From NCBI RefSeq assembly GCF_964355755.1, contig NC_092678.1, forward strand, positions 8,200,422 through 8,264,421: a DNA stretch of 64,000 nucleotides, given 5' to 3'. The position numbers and the translations under genes were made by a program. Position 1 is the first letter of the stretch, and each line of letters opens with the position of its first letter. The notes under the pieces are model-generated. The model was given only the letters and a program-made list of their open reading frames with translations. It was not told the origin of the DNA and did no database searches. The DNA comes from Antedon mediterranea (lineage: Eukaryota; Animalia; Echinodermata). This document shows positions 13,231-26,379 of the stretch, piece by piece.

Positions 13231-13849
13231 ATTTAACGGAGACAGAAGGGTTATCGAGGGGGATAATGGGTTAATTGGGCTGGTATTTGTACCAGGTATA
13301 AGACTGTGTGTGGAAATTGGAGTATTAACAGCCGTATATATCCCCAACGTAAAAACATTTTACAATATGTATATTAACTAAAAATAATAATAATATATCA
13401 CTTGAAGAAAGAGGAGGTATAGAAAAGAATTAGAAATGATGGATCACTTACCACATTGTTAGTGGTCAATCCAAAATGAAAAAAAAGAAAAACAATTGAT
13501 ACAGAAAGTTGAATATAGTCTAAATTTTCTTCTTTTCTGTCTTCTCCTACCTGTCTGTCTACAACTCCCAGACTTTGTAGTTGTGCATCTGTTAGTGTAA
13601 AGACTTCATCACTGGTGGTAATCTGAAATGATAAGTCTGAAATTGTAACTACATACAGCAACCTATTCTGTCACGATTAGAGCAGTTGCCTGTACCCTTT
13701 CTTCTGGTTGGAACTCAACAGTTGTGTGATCACCCCACAAGCTGACCTCAATAGTAACAGGGCCATCGCTGATAGAAAATGAAAGGCGTGTAAGTATTAT
13801 TGCCCACTGTTTCGTATTTTGAGCATTAATTCAAATATAGTATTTACTC

Positions 13850-14010
13850 AAACTTGCTGTTTCACTGGATGATCATCATCGAATGAACCTTCCTGTTTGA
13901 CATAATGCCAGAACGACACTTCCAGAACATCGTGGTCTAGGCAGTTGTTTTTTAACCCGGTATGCTGAGTTATGCATCCAATCGTTTGCTCCCCCATTTT
14001 CTCCACCATC
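13850..14010 (-). pseudogene. KolX / P2X7 ballast-like Cys-rich domain fragment (copy 1)
   Basis: Manual translation MVEKMGEQTIGCITQHTGLKNNCLDHDVLEVSFWHY (CIT.H.GF...CL...VL motif). Confidence 0.6.
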
Positions 14011-14399
14011 TCCTCTGTCTCGTAACTCCCAGACTTTGCAGTTGTGCATCAGTTAGTGCACCGACTTCTTCACTGGTGGTAATCTGAAATTATATTAGGA
14101 TTAAATGTTAGATAAATTGTTATTTTTAAACTTTTATATTTTTATACCATTTATTTTAAGGATTCTTTTGATGTAATTTGTATGTTCTTTATCAGTTCCT
14201 TGTTTTTAGGACCCAAGTGGAAATAAGTTTTTAACTTTTCTTGGCATTCCTTGTAATCAAGGCCTGTGTTTCTGTGCAATTGTTTTTTCTACTTTTTATG
14301 CATTGTATTTATTGTTTTTTAACCTTGATTACTAAATAAAGAAATTCAAAAATTTAAATTAATCTGAAATTGTAATTTCATACAACCCCCTATTCTGTT

Positions 14400-16170
14400 C
14401 AAAGGCACTTCCTCAATATAAAGAGACGTTTTTTTGTCTGTAAAGATTTGTCAGTCAAATAATCTAAGTTGAGAGAAGACCAATATATTTTGTTATTTAA
14501 GAATGGTAGTTTTGTGGACCCATTGATAAGCTCCGTGTATTTTTCTTTTTGTAGGAGGTTTTCGTAGGCGCTAACATCCATAGTGTAGGAATTTCAATAT
14601 TTGTTGTGACAATTGAGATGGGTTACAATTCCAAATTTGAGCTTGAAACTTTGCATAAATTGCAGAGAGTGCATCTGGCTTCCTAACGGAAAGATGTGTG
14701 GGGCGCTTCGTAAGCCAGCAACCAGTCATAACCAGCTGTTCTGGTTTTATGATTGAATGAATGTGGCTTTCCACTTTGTTCAGCAATTTCACAGGTCTTT
14801 GATGAATTTTTTCATTTTAGTTAATTTATTTTGTCTCGGATATAAAAAAAACCCAAAAAACAAGCTTCTTTCCTGCCGCTGCAATTCTCACTGATTTAGC
14901 GAGGTGCTATATATCATATAGTTTAATGTTTAATCTCTGGTTAGTTTTCCCTTAAAGTCTTCGCCTATCATTGGGTGGTGTTCCTGTAAAACAATAAACA
15001 GTGTGTATTTTCTACATTAAACAAAAATGTAAAAATTTCTGAAAACATGACAATGCTGTAATCTACTGTAGCAAAGAAAAACACAGGATTTCAAACCTTT
15101 AGCTCTTCAAGACATCTTTTTAAGCCAACATTTTCTAGGTGATGAGAATTTGTTATCCCCTCCTCATTTACTGATACTGTTTTGGATGTCAATATCAGAT
15201 CGATGTTTGTATCCATTAGAGAGAAGGTCCCAAATGTCGCAATATGACCCGACATTCTTCATCAACTCTGTTGATGAGGTAACCCTTCAATGGTGATGTG
15301 TGCGCCAAATTCGGTGCCGTCCTTCAATCTGACGGTGGTGTTGAAAGAACCTCTGTCTGACACGTCTGATGCGTCTCAGACGAACCTGTTGCCCAACACT
15401 GACCCTTGGTTCAGTGTTGGTCCGTAGCAGGAGTGGCGATGCTGGCCTTCCAGCGATGCACTGCCATCTTTGAGTCTTGTTCCGCCTAGCTGGTGTCCCC
15501 TACCCGCTGAGAGGAGAGGGGAAGTCTCTGGCATTTTCCTTCCTTACTACGGCTGGTCCTTGTGGTTGGCAGATAGAGTAGGTCCCAAATGTCGCATTAT
15601 ACCCAGCGAATTATGCCGACCGTCTCCAGCAACAATCAGCTTTCCCTGTAGCTTGTCATATACTTAAAATAATGTCCAGTATATTGTTTTCATTTCAGAA
15701 TTCAATTTTAGATGGCTTTGCATTGCTTTTTGTTTGGTCCCCATTACAGTAATACTATTTTATTATACAGAAATGACAATATTATCAACTTAAATATCAA
15801 TAAATTCTGTTAGTAAAATAACTACTACAAAATTGTAAAAGGACTGTAATATAAAATTAAACATACTTTTCGGGACATCTTCAATGTGTGATTCATACAT
15901 CTCTTCAATATTTGGAAAAAGGAACTTGCGTTGAATTTTATAAAATGCACTTTTGTGGATAGTCGCAATTAGCTCTATTTTCTCAAATATTTTGATCATT
16001 GTGGTGTAAGTGTTGCCAGTGTGGAGGGTGAAGCAACTGTAGCAATGTTTCCATTTGGTCGCCTTGTGCTTTCACACATAGGCTGTGATATCCAATAGAA
16101 TTCATGGCCGGATAAACAAACATACCCATTAAAATTAAAAAACTGAAATACTATTGTGAAGAAATAAATG
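14400..16170 (-). pseudogene. Second degraded Kolobok-type transposase, with an internal insertion
   Basis: In gene order on minus: VCLSGHEFYWISQPM..GNI; AFYKIQRKFLFPNIEEMY; KLIVAGDGRHNSLG; ATFGTFSLMDTN..NSHHLENVGLKRCLEEL; YDI*HLAKSVR. Fits the GDGR.DSPG..A.YGTY.LMD and D.WH.AKS motifs. Confidence 0.65.
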
Positions 16171-17177
16171 ATTAACAACTTGTGCATGTTCAGGCTGAAA
16201 CTTTCTTGGATTTTCGCATTTACCCAAATGCTGATCAAAGCATATGTGGCTGCTTCAGTCTAAACAATTTTAAATAGAAAAATATCTAAAACAATAAAAA
16301 CCAATACGAAACCAATCAAATGTAGATGAACTCTTCCGGACAGTGGAGTAGCGAAAGAGACAAAAAAAGCTAACCTATGTGACTGAGCTCGGGCAGAGAA
16401 TTGTGGGTTAGCTTCACGACCGGCGGCCGGATGTTTACATGTCAAAAGGTCAAATGTTGACTTGAACCTTGTTATCGGAGATTAATTACACACTTTAGGC
16501 TGTCAGAGATTTATTATACAACCCCAAGCTAACTTTACCTCTATAAATTTTGTGCACTTTTTTCCTTGTTTGTTAAATAGCTAAAATAGATATACTATTA
16601 GACTATATTATTAATATGTTTAACGAAACATATAATGATCTATAAATTTAAAGTTACTATTATTATTAATTACATTTTTGTTATTTTAACACAGATGTAT
16701 GTTGACGTTCAGCTGATCTGTTTTCTAAAATGTCTAGTATGTCAACATTGGTTTTCTACGTTTTGGAATACAGTACTTTACTTTTATTGTTAGTCAATAT
16801 AATTATTATACATTTATAAAACCGTCTATACACTTTACCTTTAAAAGATTTATAGTAAGTATAGTTGTTCTCTTGTTTAATTTAAATGTGTAACAATCTT
16901 CCAAGCAAAATGGTTTTCTGTGTTTTAAAGATAATATTTGTATCTTATAATTTACAGATGTTCACTATACATCTAAATTTTAAAAACCTAGTAACATAAC
17001 AAAAGAACCACAGCTGTGGCCATCAGCTTGTTTGCATGTATTCATTTTGATTTGTTTCCATGGGCCACCTAGTTCAACTGTTTCTGTTGACCTTTTTTTC
17101 TATATAATTTCTTAAATGGGATAAAAATATTACATTTTGTTCAGCAATTTCGTAGGTCTATGAACATAGTTGGTCAG

Positions 17178-17916
17178 TGTCACGATATTACTGCCAGACA
17201 CAAACACAAACTAGTAATAATAATATGTTTAAATGACTTAATAGTCCAACAAATACAGTTCGTTTCAAACGGATATAATCAACGCAAAATAACAGTCCAC
17301 GTGACTCTGTCCGTGTATTTCGGCGTTCACAATGAATTGTTCCACAGTGTTCCAATACTGCGATGATCACTAGAAGACTTTATCTTCGACGTGCCTCTAC
17401 ACTACTTCTTATTACAAATAACTTTATACGGAGATCAGCTTCTCCTCCGACCATCTATAGTAACATAAAACATGCATTTTCTAATCTTTACGATTCCATA
17501 AGTAAAACACAATTATACTAATAAATAGTTTACAATTACGATAGTAGTACTCACGGTCGTTATTTCCCCATTTGGGCTTATTGAGTTCACAGTTTTAACG
17601 TGTAGCATTAGCTACCTTTTATCTACGTATTCTGAATAATGTGCCTTAGCTAAGGTGTACATCAACACTCTCCTAGCCCACATCTATTCTCTACGCCCAG
17701 AACTGTGCAACTGCTAATCTAAACCCGTGGTAGAACATTCTATCCTGCTAATTTGCATAAGAAGTGATGCCGTGTGTGCAAGTGAGTATCCAATCACAGA
17801 CTACCACTTGGTACATACAGAAATATAAAGCGTGTTCTGCACTGATGAACTTCTATTGTATTGTAAAAAAGGTCGTAAGGTAACTGAAAAACATAAATCT
17901 AACTTATCTCGTGACA
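17178..17916. mobile_element. Probable solo LTR
   Basis: TGTCACGA...TCGTGACA inverted termini, 739 bp, non-coding; flanks GTCAG/GTCTT are only a partial TSD. Confidence 0.5.
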
Positions 17917-17924
17917 GTCTTTTC

Positions 17925-19000
17925 TCCCATTCCCTAAAGCACTGAGTTCAGCATTGCCAATTGGTAAAGAAATACACAACTCAACAATGTGCAAAATATT
18001 GACAATGCCAAGTGGCTGCTTCATGTTGAAAATTTGTGGCCAAACTTTGGATGGAGAACTAATTTTGAAAAACTTTAAAATATGATTGTGTAAAATGCTT
18101 CTAGCAATGGCTTGTACTAATATCGACTATCACTTTCACATTATCGTAAATAGATTCGCTCTCCTTATATCTGTAATTCTTGGTGTTTAGAACCTCTGCA
18201 ACGGCAACAAAAATATCGTCAGTTGTGATCGAACTTAAGCGTTCTTTGAAGGCGTTTACTAATTTGTAAAGAATTTTCCGGACTTCTGGCAAGTTTTGTT
18301 GTTTCGCTCGATTTAGGTTGCCCTTAACGAACATATATGTCATATGCCCATCATCGCCTTCGGCTTGATGACGTGTAAGTCTCTCTTGGATGGATTACAG
18401 GGTTCTCATCAACGACTACATCTTTCAGGATTTGAGATGTTGTGGGGAAATGCGTATCATTTTGAAATACGGACGTGTCATTTTGAGATAATTTTGATGT
18501 TTGTGAAAGAACGGATGTTGTGATAGAAATTAGGTCGGGCAAGATTAGATCTTTTGATTGCAGTGATTTTGTGAGTGGGGTCAGGTATTTCTAGCGTAAT
18601 TGAATTGAATATTATATGATTTAATTTTGTGATTCCTTGTAGTTTGGGGCGAAGATTTTTCATGGTTGTGTTTGTGGGTTGGGCGATTTGGTTGTTGCAA
18701 TAACTAATTAATATAGGAAGATTGTGCATGTATGATGACAATCCAGCAGCTTGATGCTCAGCTGTCCACCTGGTTCCATTAGGTCGCTTGTATTTGCGGG
18801 AGACCTGTCCGATGTGTTGTTTGAAAAGTCGCCATCGGAGATTTGCCCGTTTAAATAAACCATACGTCGAATTGACGTCTTCTTGGCTCTCGGTGTTGAG
18901 GTCACTAATGCCAAACGCATCTCTAATCTCAATCGTGTGCGAAGGACAGTGAGTAACAGTATAGTGTTCCCCGTATCCTAAGCAGTCGAACCCCCACTTT
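17925..19000 (-). pseudogene. hAT (ZNF862-like) transposase remnant
   Basis: THCPSHTIE (HC.AH.LEL motif), YKRPNGTRW, and C-terminal dimerisation-like NILHIVELCISLPIGNAE at about 17950-18010. Confidence 0.7.
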
Positions 19001-19949
19001 AATACAACTTTTTTAGAAGGCATAATCTGCAATATGAATATTCCATAAATCAAATAGAAGGCCTACACATACACCATACAGTGATCGAATCAAAAGACAT
19101 TTATTAATTATAATTTTTATACAAATAAATGTTTTAATTAAATTGTTATCGATCGATTACATAAATAATATGACATTAACATTAAATATAGACCCTATAT
19201 ATTTGTTTGTTGTTACCAATTAACATTAATTGTAGTATATTTTAATTGATAGACATGGGATCGGGCCGTTATGTTATTATTATAATTAAAAAAATAAGGC
19301 AGGCTAATAACAGTAGTATTGGTGATGATCTTACGTTATCAAACATTATTGTCCACTGTTTGCACCTAATATACGAGACGTTTCCCTTTCTGGTCGAAAA
19401 AGATTTAATTTTTGTCGTTCTTTTTTAACTGGATTTCCTTTCATCTATTTCCAATGATGATGCAAAGCAATGTCCATCTTTAAATTGAATGATTTCTGAC
19501 CTGTGTTCGGAGAATAAATACTGTATACTAAATATTAAGAGAGAAAATAAACAATGAAGAAATATAATAATTAAAATATTTCTTGAATATTGAGTAAAAA
19601 ATATGCTGTTTGACCAAAGATGCTACCACAGAATCCTTCTGATCCATATCACATGTGTACAATGTGTTCACACCTCGATCTCCTGCCAAATTAAATAAAA
19701 AAATGGTTATGGCATGTTGAAAAAAATAAATACAATTTTAAGAACAAAATACTTACTCATCACTCGACACAGCAATTATGTCTCGAAGCATGTCTTTTCT
19801 TTGTATGACATTTTTTATGACAACAGTTTACCATGCGCGTTGACGCGTTAAATGCTGGTTGCCGTCCAGTTTAAAAAGTTCGTTTACGATACGCGATGGG
19901 ACGACGACGTCACGTCACGCTCGGCTTGATATGTTAATAAACAATCATC

Positions 19950-20517
19950 ATGGCTTTCGTACAAGATGCATTAAATATCGCACTTTATGAAGATATAATT
20001 GAACCTGAGGAATATTTGCTTTAATATAATCTTAATAAAACAAATAATTTAAATGTTCAGTACAATGATTACAATAAATTCAATCTGAAATCGTACAATG
20101 ACGACGAATGTAAGTAATGCATTTTTCGGGTAAGTCCGGGGGGTCAGTCACCCACAAGCCAATCATTCATCATAACTAAGACTTAGTTAGGCCTAGTACT
20201 AGTAGGGTAGGCTTTAGAGAAAGTAGTATTGTCTGGCATAATTATGAGCTAATCTTTTTGACTAATTTATTGTTACCAAGTTGATTTAATAAATTGTTGG
20301 TCTGTCTATACTAAATAATATAGTATTTTTATTATTATATTCATAATTTATAGCCAATACTTATTATACTACTAGGGCTAGGCTAGGTATTCAACTTAGT
20401 TTAGTTACAACACATGCTTTCATTTTTATTTAAAGATTTAAAAAAAAAGGCATTTATCGACTGCAGAGAGCTGTACAGATAAAGAATGATGTTAAATGTG
20501 GTAACGGTCTTAAAGTT
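19950..20517 (+). pseudogene. PIF/Harbinger (HARBI1-like) nuclease N-terminal remnant, two exons
   Basis: 19950-20129 MAFVQDALNIALYEDIIEPEEYLL*YNLNK..YNKFNLKSYNDDECK*CIFR then GTAAGT; about 20436-20517 FKKKGIYRLQRAVQIKNDVKCGNGLKV; in-frame stops. One of very few plus-strand TE pieces in the region. Confidence 0.6.
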
Positions 20518-21679
20518 AGAACGTGATGCAGTTGCAGCACGTGCTGCAGTTGTGGAGGTTAGAAAACGTTCATTGGAGACATTTCAGACTAAATCAAGTT
20601 ATTTTGTTTCAACCAAACGGATGAATAGCTCCATCTGTCTATTCATTTGGTCATTTTGATTTTGTATTTGTTGCCTGGTTAATTCAAGCTGTTGTTGCAT
20701 TAAAAGCATCATGATTTTTCTCAGACTAAACCACTGAGCTATTCTGTTTAGTTTCTTGTTGTTTCCAATGTTCATGCTGTGGTGCATATTTCCCACCAGG
20801 CAAAGTATCGCCTCGCTGAAGAGTCCTTAAGAAACTATGCGTCACCGAAATTATTTGCTTTCGGATGGGCTCTCTGATGAATTTACTCTCAATCCATTTT
20901 GACAGACATTCACCCTCCAAAATGGAACATGAAATGTGAGTTTTGATCTTAATCTACGAGAAGGAACATGGACAAAGAAACAAGAAATAAAATTACAATC
21001 AAAATTACTATGTATTGTTTTTAGACTTTTTGAGACAAATCTCAATTAAATCACCAATTTCTTTGTCAGTCCAATAGGCCTCAGGACAGATGTAGATGAA
21101 ATTGACGACATTATTTTGTATCAACCAATTCTACACAACAAAAATCTGAGATGAAATGACCCACTTTCCTCTTCTTGATCCCAACTGTATTTGGGTTAGT
21201 TTTAACAACCTTTTGGTAGTGATGGGATATCATTTGCAGTGCTATACAGCTCATTAGTGTACAAGTGTATCGGATTCAGATGGATCAGTGTGTGTTTGTT
21301 GCAAGTACATATGCTCTGGGACTTGCTTCTTGATTAAATGGGCAAACACCGTGTACCCCTAAAGCCTAGTTGTAACTGTCAATGATTGATGCTTTGGGTA
21401 AAAAATTCTCAAAAGTCATGGCGTGTCACAATTTTCCCTATATAGTTTGACCAAACAAAATCACTGATTATTCTAATATTTATGTATGCAGTTTAAATTT
21501 ACTGCATAATCCACTTTAATCCACTGTCATGATCTATTTCTGAAAATAATAAATAAATAGTTAATTTATGTCTGTTGGAATCAGACTGGCGGTGGACCTT
21601 TTCCAAAAGTCTAAGATTCCAGCAGATCCACAATGAAATGAACAGACTCCCTGCAATTGCTATAATTGAGAAATTTTAG

Positions 21680-21950
21680 TTATTTTAGCAATATTTTATT
21701 TTTATTTAGTAATTGCTGCTTTAAATCCCAGTAACAAATAGCAATATTGTCTTCATTTTTCCTAGGTGGCCGTTCAAGCTTGTCTTTAACATCCCATGAG
21801 GGATTGTGAACTCCATTTTCTGTACAAAAATTGTGTAGAATGCAACAGAACCATGCACGGGACATAGCTTAGGTCATTGTCGTTTCTTTTCATTAAAATC
21901 TGCCACCTGCCCTTCAGCATTCCAAAACCTCTTTCGATCACTATAATATA
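21680..21950 (-). pseudogene. Harbinger nuclease C-terminal fragment
   Basis: VIERGFGMLKGRWQIL and CCILHNFC motifs, frameshifted. Confidence 0.75.
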
Positions 21951-22680
21951 GGCTTTAGGCAGTCCAAGGGATTGGTAAATTCCGGGATGCCATTTCAACC
22001 AAACATCAGATTGCATTCTTACTAGTAAAAATGAAAAGTTTTCCATAAAAGTTGTGGCAATATCCACCAGTTTCATTATGTAAGGAGTTCATTCATGCTT
22101 TAGTTTTGGTATATCATCTTTATGCAGGATAGTTAAAATGTTTCCATGTATTTCTTGGACCAACTCATATTCACTAAACTGCACTTTCAGACCTAGACTG
22201 GCCAGGACGCCTATCTGGGAGTGTATTTTTAATCATTGTGAGAGCAAACATTGAACTTGACATGAGGAAACATTTCTTCTTTATCGGAGGGGGATGGAGC
22301 GATAATAACAAGTGCATGTGTTTTGTTTTACTTGATGGGAGCAAGCTTACCATTTGGTTCAAATTTAATTTGAAAGCATGATTGACAAACACCTCTTTTG
22401 TTAATATTGTTTTCTAGATTTGTCACTTTTTCTTTAATGTTAAAGCAGCTCCATCTTTTCCAATTTGCACTTCTTGATTGGATCTTTTGAGGATTAACTG
22501 GACTTCTGATATAAGCAATTTTTCAACTGCCCTGGCCACAGATTAAGCTGTGGTCCTGAAACAACTTTGCCACATTTACATCTACTGTGTTGTTGATGGC
22601 ATCAGTGTTGTTGAAATTGTTTTGAAGCATTTATCAAACTTGTTGCTTACTGTATTTCATCTGGGCCTTTAAATGGCTGG

Positions 22681-22893
22681 TCATACTGCTATTGATATTG
22701 CAGCCATGCAATTTCAAGGACTTGTACATTTAAACAAGCTGCAGCAAATCCAGGATGTTCTGTAATGCATTGATAATCCCCTCTATTGTACATGGATGAA
22801 TCTTCTTCCAGCCGCCGTTCCACTGCTGCTATTTCTTTGCAACATCTACATTCTCGGTTTGTTGGTAGAATTTGGCAGTGGCCCTATGTACAC
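22681..22893 (-). pseudogene. KolX / P2X7 ballast-like pseudo-exon (copy 2)
   Basis: After a TTTTTAG acceptor: CT*GHCQILPTNRECRCCKEIAAVERRLEED..YQCITEHPGFAAACLNVQVLEIAWLQYQ*; two stops. Confidence 0.75.
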
Positions 22894-23354
22894 CTAAAAA
22901 AGTTCACAGATGTATGTAAATGTTGTGTGTCAATTAAAGTACAGATATATAATAATAAATAAAACAAATCCAAATCCTGTTAATCATTAACATCGGCTTT
23001 GTGCTACACTCGCCCTCAACCATCCCTCCAAACAAAGGCAAATCCTTGTTGGAGTCCGCAACATTTTTGTACCAGGTTGTGGTATTGTTCAATGGTGGTG
23101 TTCATCATCCACAGCTAATTTTCCGTAATCAATGTTCTGTAGAGGGGGTTGTGGCATCTGCCGGAAGATATTGCAGGATTCTCTGTAGTGCGATTGGTAG
23201 AAGCAGCCTTGCTGAACAATGCTTTTCCTTAGTGTCCGGCAATCCTAAATTGAATAACGCGAGTGTCGCCGGTTTCATCCATTTGTGCGAAATGCCTACG
23301 TGTTCCAATACCACCACAACTACCATCCGGCAGACACAAACCACAACATCATTC

Positions 23355-23849
23355 ACCACTCAGGTGACAAACACCCCATAGATCACAAACACCACCCACA
23401 TCACAAACGCCACCCACATCACAAACACCACCCACATCACAAACACCACCCACGTCACAAACACCACCCACGTCACAAACACCACCCAGGTCACAAACAC
23501 CACCCAGGTCAGAAACATCAACCAGGTCAGAAACATCAACCAGATCACAAACACCACTCAGATCACAAACACCACTCAGATCACAAACACCACCCAGATC
23601 ACAAACACCACCCAGATCACAAACACCACCCAGATCACAAACACCACCCAGATCACAAACACCACCCAGATCACAAACACCATCCAGATCACAAACACCA
23701 TCCAGATCACAAACACCATCCAGATCACAAACACCATCCAGATCACAAACACCACCCAGATCACAAACACCACCCAGATCACAAACACCACCCAGATCAC
23801 AAACACCACCCAGATCACAAACACCACCCAGATCACAAACACCACCCAG
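23355..23849. repeat. 18-bp minisatellite (CCAGATCACAAACACCAC)n, about 27 units
   Basis: Read directly; variant units at the 5' side grade into a homogeneous block; explains the (PDHKHH)n, (GGVCDL)n and (WVVFVI)n ORFs. Confidence 0.95.
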
Positions 23850-24039
23850 CAATATTGTATAAATTTAGTGTATATAAAATGGTGTACTGTTATGCTTTGT
23901 GAAATTATTTAGTTTTAGATTTAGCTAGTATATTTTATCATTCATTCATTCATCGACATTTTTTATTGAAATGCATTGGTGTTCTTGTTTTCAGTATTGT
24001 ATATTATGTTTACAGAATTTTTTGCTTAATCAACATTTA

Positions 24040-24519
24040 CCGTACTGACGCGGGTATAAGCCCATACTCTGGTATAAGCCCACCCTCGACTTTTGACTAA
24101 TTTTCATGAAAAATGAGGCACTCTGGTATAAGCCCACCCATTAATTCAAAGATCTACAGTGTGTGCCGTAATACATTATTTTGCATTTGGCGACATCCAC
24201 ACACCGCATACACCTTACCTTTGATCATAACCAAGCTAGGCTAATAATATATACGCTAGGGTAATATACGCCAGGCCATATGAGGCCTAGTGGTCCTGTT
24301 TTGTTTACACTCCATCACGATACAGTACAGTAAATTTTCTGAAACTCTACACCTTGTGTATTAGGCACCTTGTGAGGGCGCTCGCATGGTGGTTTCAGAG
24401 GAGGAATGTTTATGATTGAATACACAGTACATGTGCTGTTTTTGACGATCTGCATTTTTGGATCTTCGGGTATAAGCCCACCCCCCAAACTTGACGGGCT
24501 TATACCCGCGTCAGTACGG
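24040..24519. mobile_element. MITE, Tc2/pogo-like, related in style to 6297-7069
   Basis: TIRs CCGTACTGACGCGGGTATAAGCCC / GGGCTTATACCCGCGTCAGTACGG, TA flanks, internal GGTATAAGCCCACC repeats. Confidence 0.88.
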
Positions 24520-25983
24520 TAATTGCTTAATTTCATTTATTGTTAAAACTTGCAATGATACTGTACAGTGTGATCGCTATATTGAATAGCTATTAGTTTT
24601 GTACACATTTTTTCGAAATTCTGGGAGCTTCTTTTTTCTGCTCCTATACCTTAGTAAATTATTAATAACTTCAAAATAATTTAGCCTTTCCTATAAAACA
24701 TCATCATATATTTTCTAATATCTCAATTGTAAATACTTTCATAACAATGATAATAATACTGCAATTTAGATAATGAAATCTTTATTTCCTAAATAAATAA
24801 TTCATTGGTGCAATTACATATCTTGAAAATGCCTCACTGGAGAATCCCTGATGCGTTCTCCAGATTAAGCTGGCTGTTGCCTACATACAGTAGTTGTTCT
24901 ATAACGCCATCTTGCTCAACCTTTGTCTAATATCTGATAAGGAACATTTGCTGCCTCGCAAATGTTACGTAATGTTTCCAGCTCTTAAAGGAATCCAGTA
25001 TTATATCTTTTAAACTAGTGTATATAGTAAATTGTATATAAAAATAAACAATGGATAAAGTTTAAAAGCAATTACCAATATTTTTGTTCCACGGTAGGAT
25101 GCTACGATCGGTGGTGGGATGGAAGTCTCTTCACCCGGGATCTTCGTATACTTCGTACACATGCGAATATTACTGTAGTGTCAGTTGTCTGTATTTATCC
25201 AGCTTAATTTCACCGTAATTTCTCTCTTTTTTGCTGTTTCTTCAAAGTTTTGCGTTTTATAGTGTATGCTGATTGATTCTTCCCTGTTTTGGAACAGCTT
25301 TTAATACAATTCTTGCATACAAAATAAACAGAAAACACTTTTTACTGTTTGTTGCTTTTGATTTTTATTTACTTGTTTGGTGAATTAAAGTAATAATGTC
25401 GATTATAAAAGTGATAATCAAGAAAATGATTTTAGGCCTAGCTACAGTAGGTAGGCATACCGCATAGCCTAGCTAAAAAATGTTATTTGATGCATTTGAT
25501 AATTAAATGTTATGAATTAATTAACATCTTAATACCATTTATGATTTATTCGACTTCTTTAAATCATTATATAATAATTTCCATTAATGCTAGGAAAGTT
25601 CTTTCTGATTTTGTTTACGATGCAGGCTGGGATGACGCCTATAAGAATGATAGTAATGCTATATTAAAATCGGCTTGGTTAAGAACCAGCAATCTAAAAT
25701 CATAACATTATCCTCTATAAACCGTTATTAGTAATAGTACTTCAGTTCAGTTTTATTGACATTTTGTTTTTGTATATTAATTATCATTAAAAATGTAATA
25801 TTTGAATCGTCATCTTTGGTTATTAGTTTAGAGATGTAAGCAGACAGTTTGTAGTTTAAACGGAACAGGCGTACAAACAAGCAATTATTTTGAAGTAAAT
25901 CTAACGTGGTAAATGATAGCAGCCAAGAACACAAACACAATTTAGTAATTCATTTTAAACTTTATTTTTCTTCTTTGTAGTTT

Positions 25984-26262
25984 AAGTTAGCTTTTACTCT
26001 AGAAGAATGAACAATCAATTACTAAGAATATATGTAAATCATTGTATAATTGTTGAATTGACATCTAAAGTTAGCTTTTACTCTAGAAGAATGAATAATC
26101 AATTATAAGAATATATGCAAACCATTGTAATAAACGTCGAATTGACATAAATTGTTCTACGTTAGCTTTTACTCTAGAAGAATGAACAATCAATTATTAA
26201 GAATATAGGCAAACAATTGTAATAAACGTCGAATAAACATATAATGTTCTAACGTAAGCTTT
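25984..26262. repeat. Tandem repeat, three ~85-92 bp units plus a partial unit
   Basis: Units start GTTAGCTTTTACTCTAGAAGAATGAA at about 25986, 26070 and 26161. Confidence 0.85.
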
Positions 26263-26379
26263 CAATAGAAAAGCATGGAAAAGTTATCTCTAGCTCTCTA
26301 GGGACCACGGGCTGGCCAATATATCTAGCGCCCTCGGACCACAGGCTGGCCAAAAAAGAACCACAGACTGGCCATGTGT

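Noticed and set aside
23349-23852. ORFs (GGVCDL)n and (WVVFVI)n as real proteins
   Set aside because: By-products of an 18-bp stop-free minisatellite that is open in several frames
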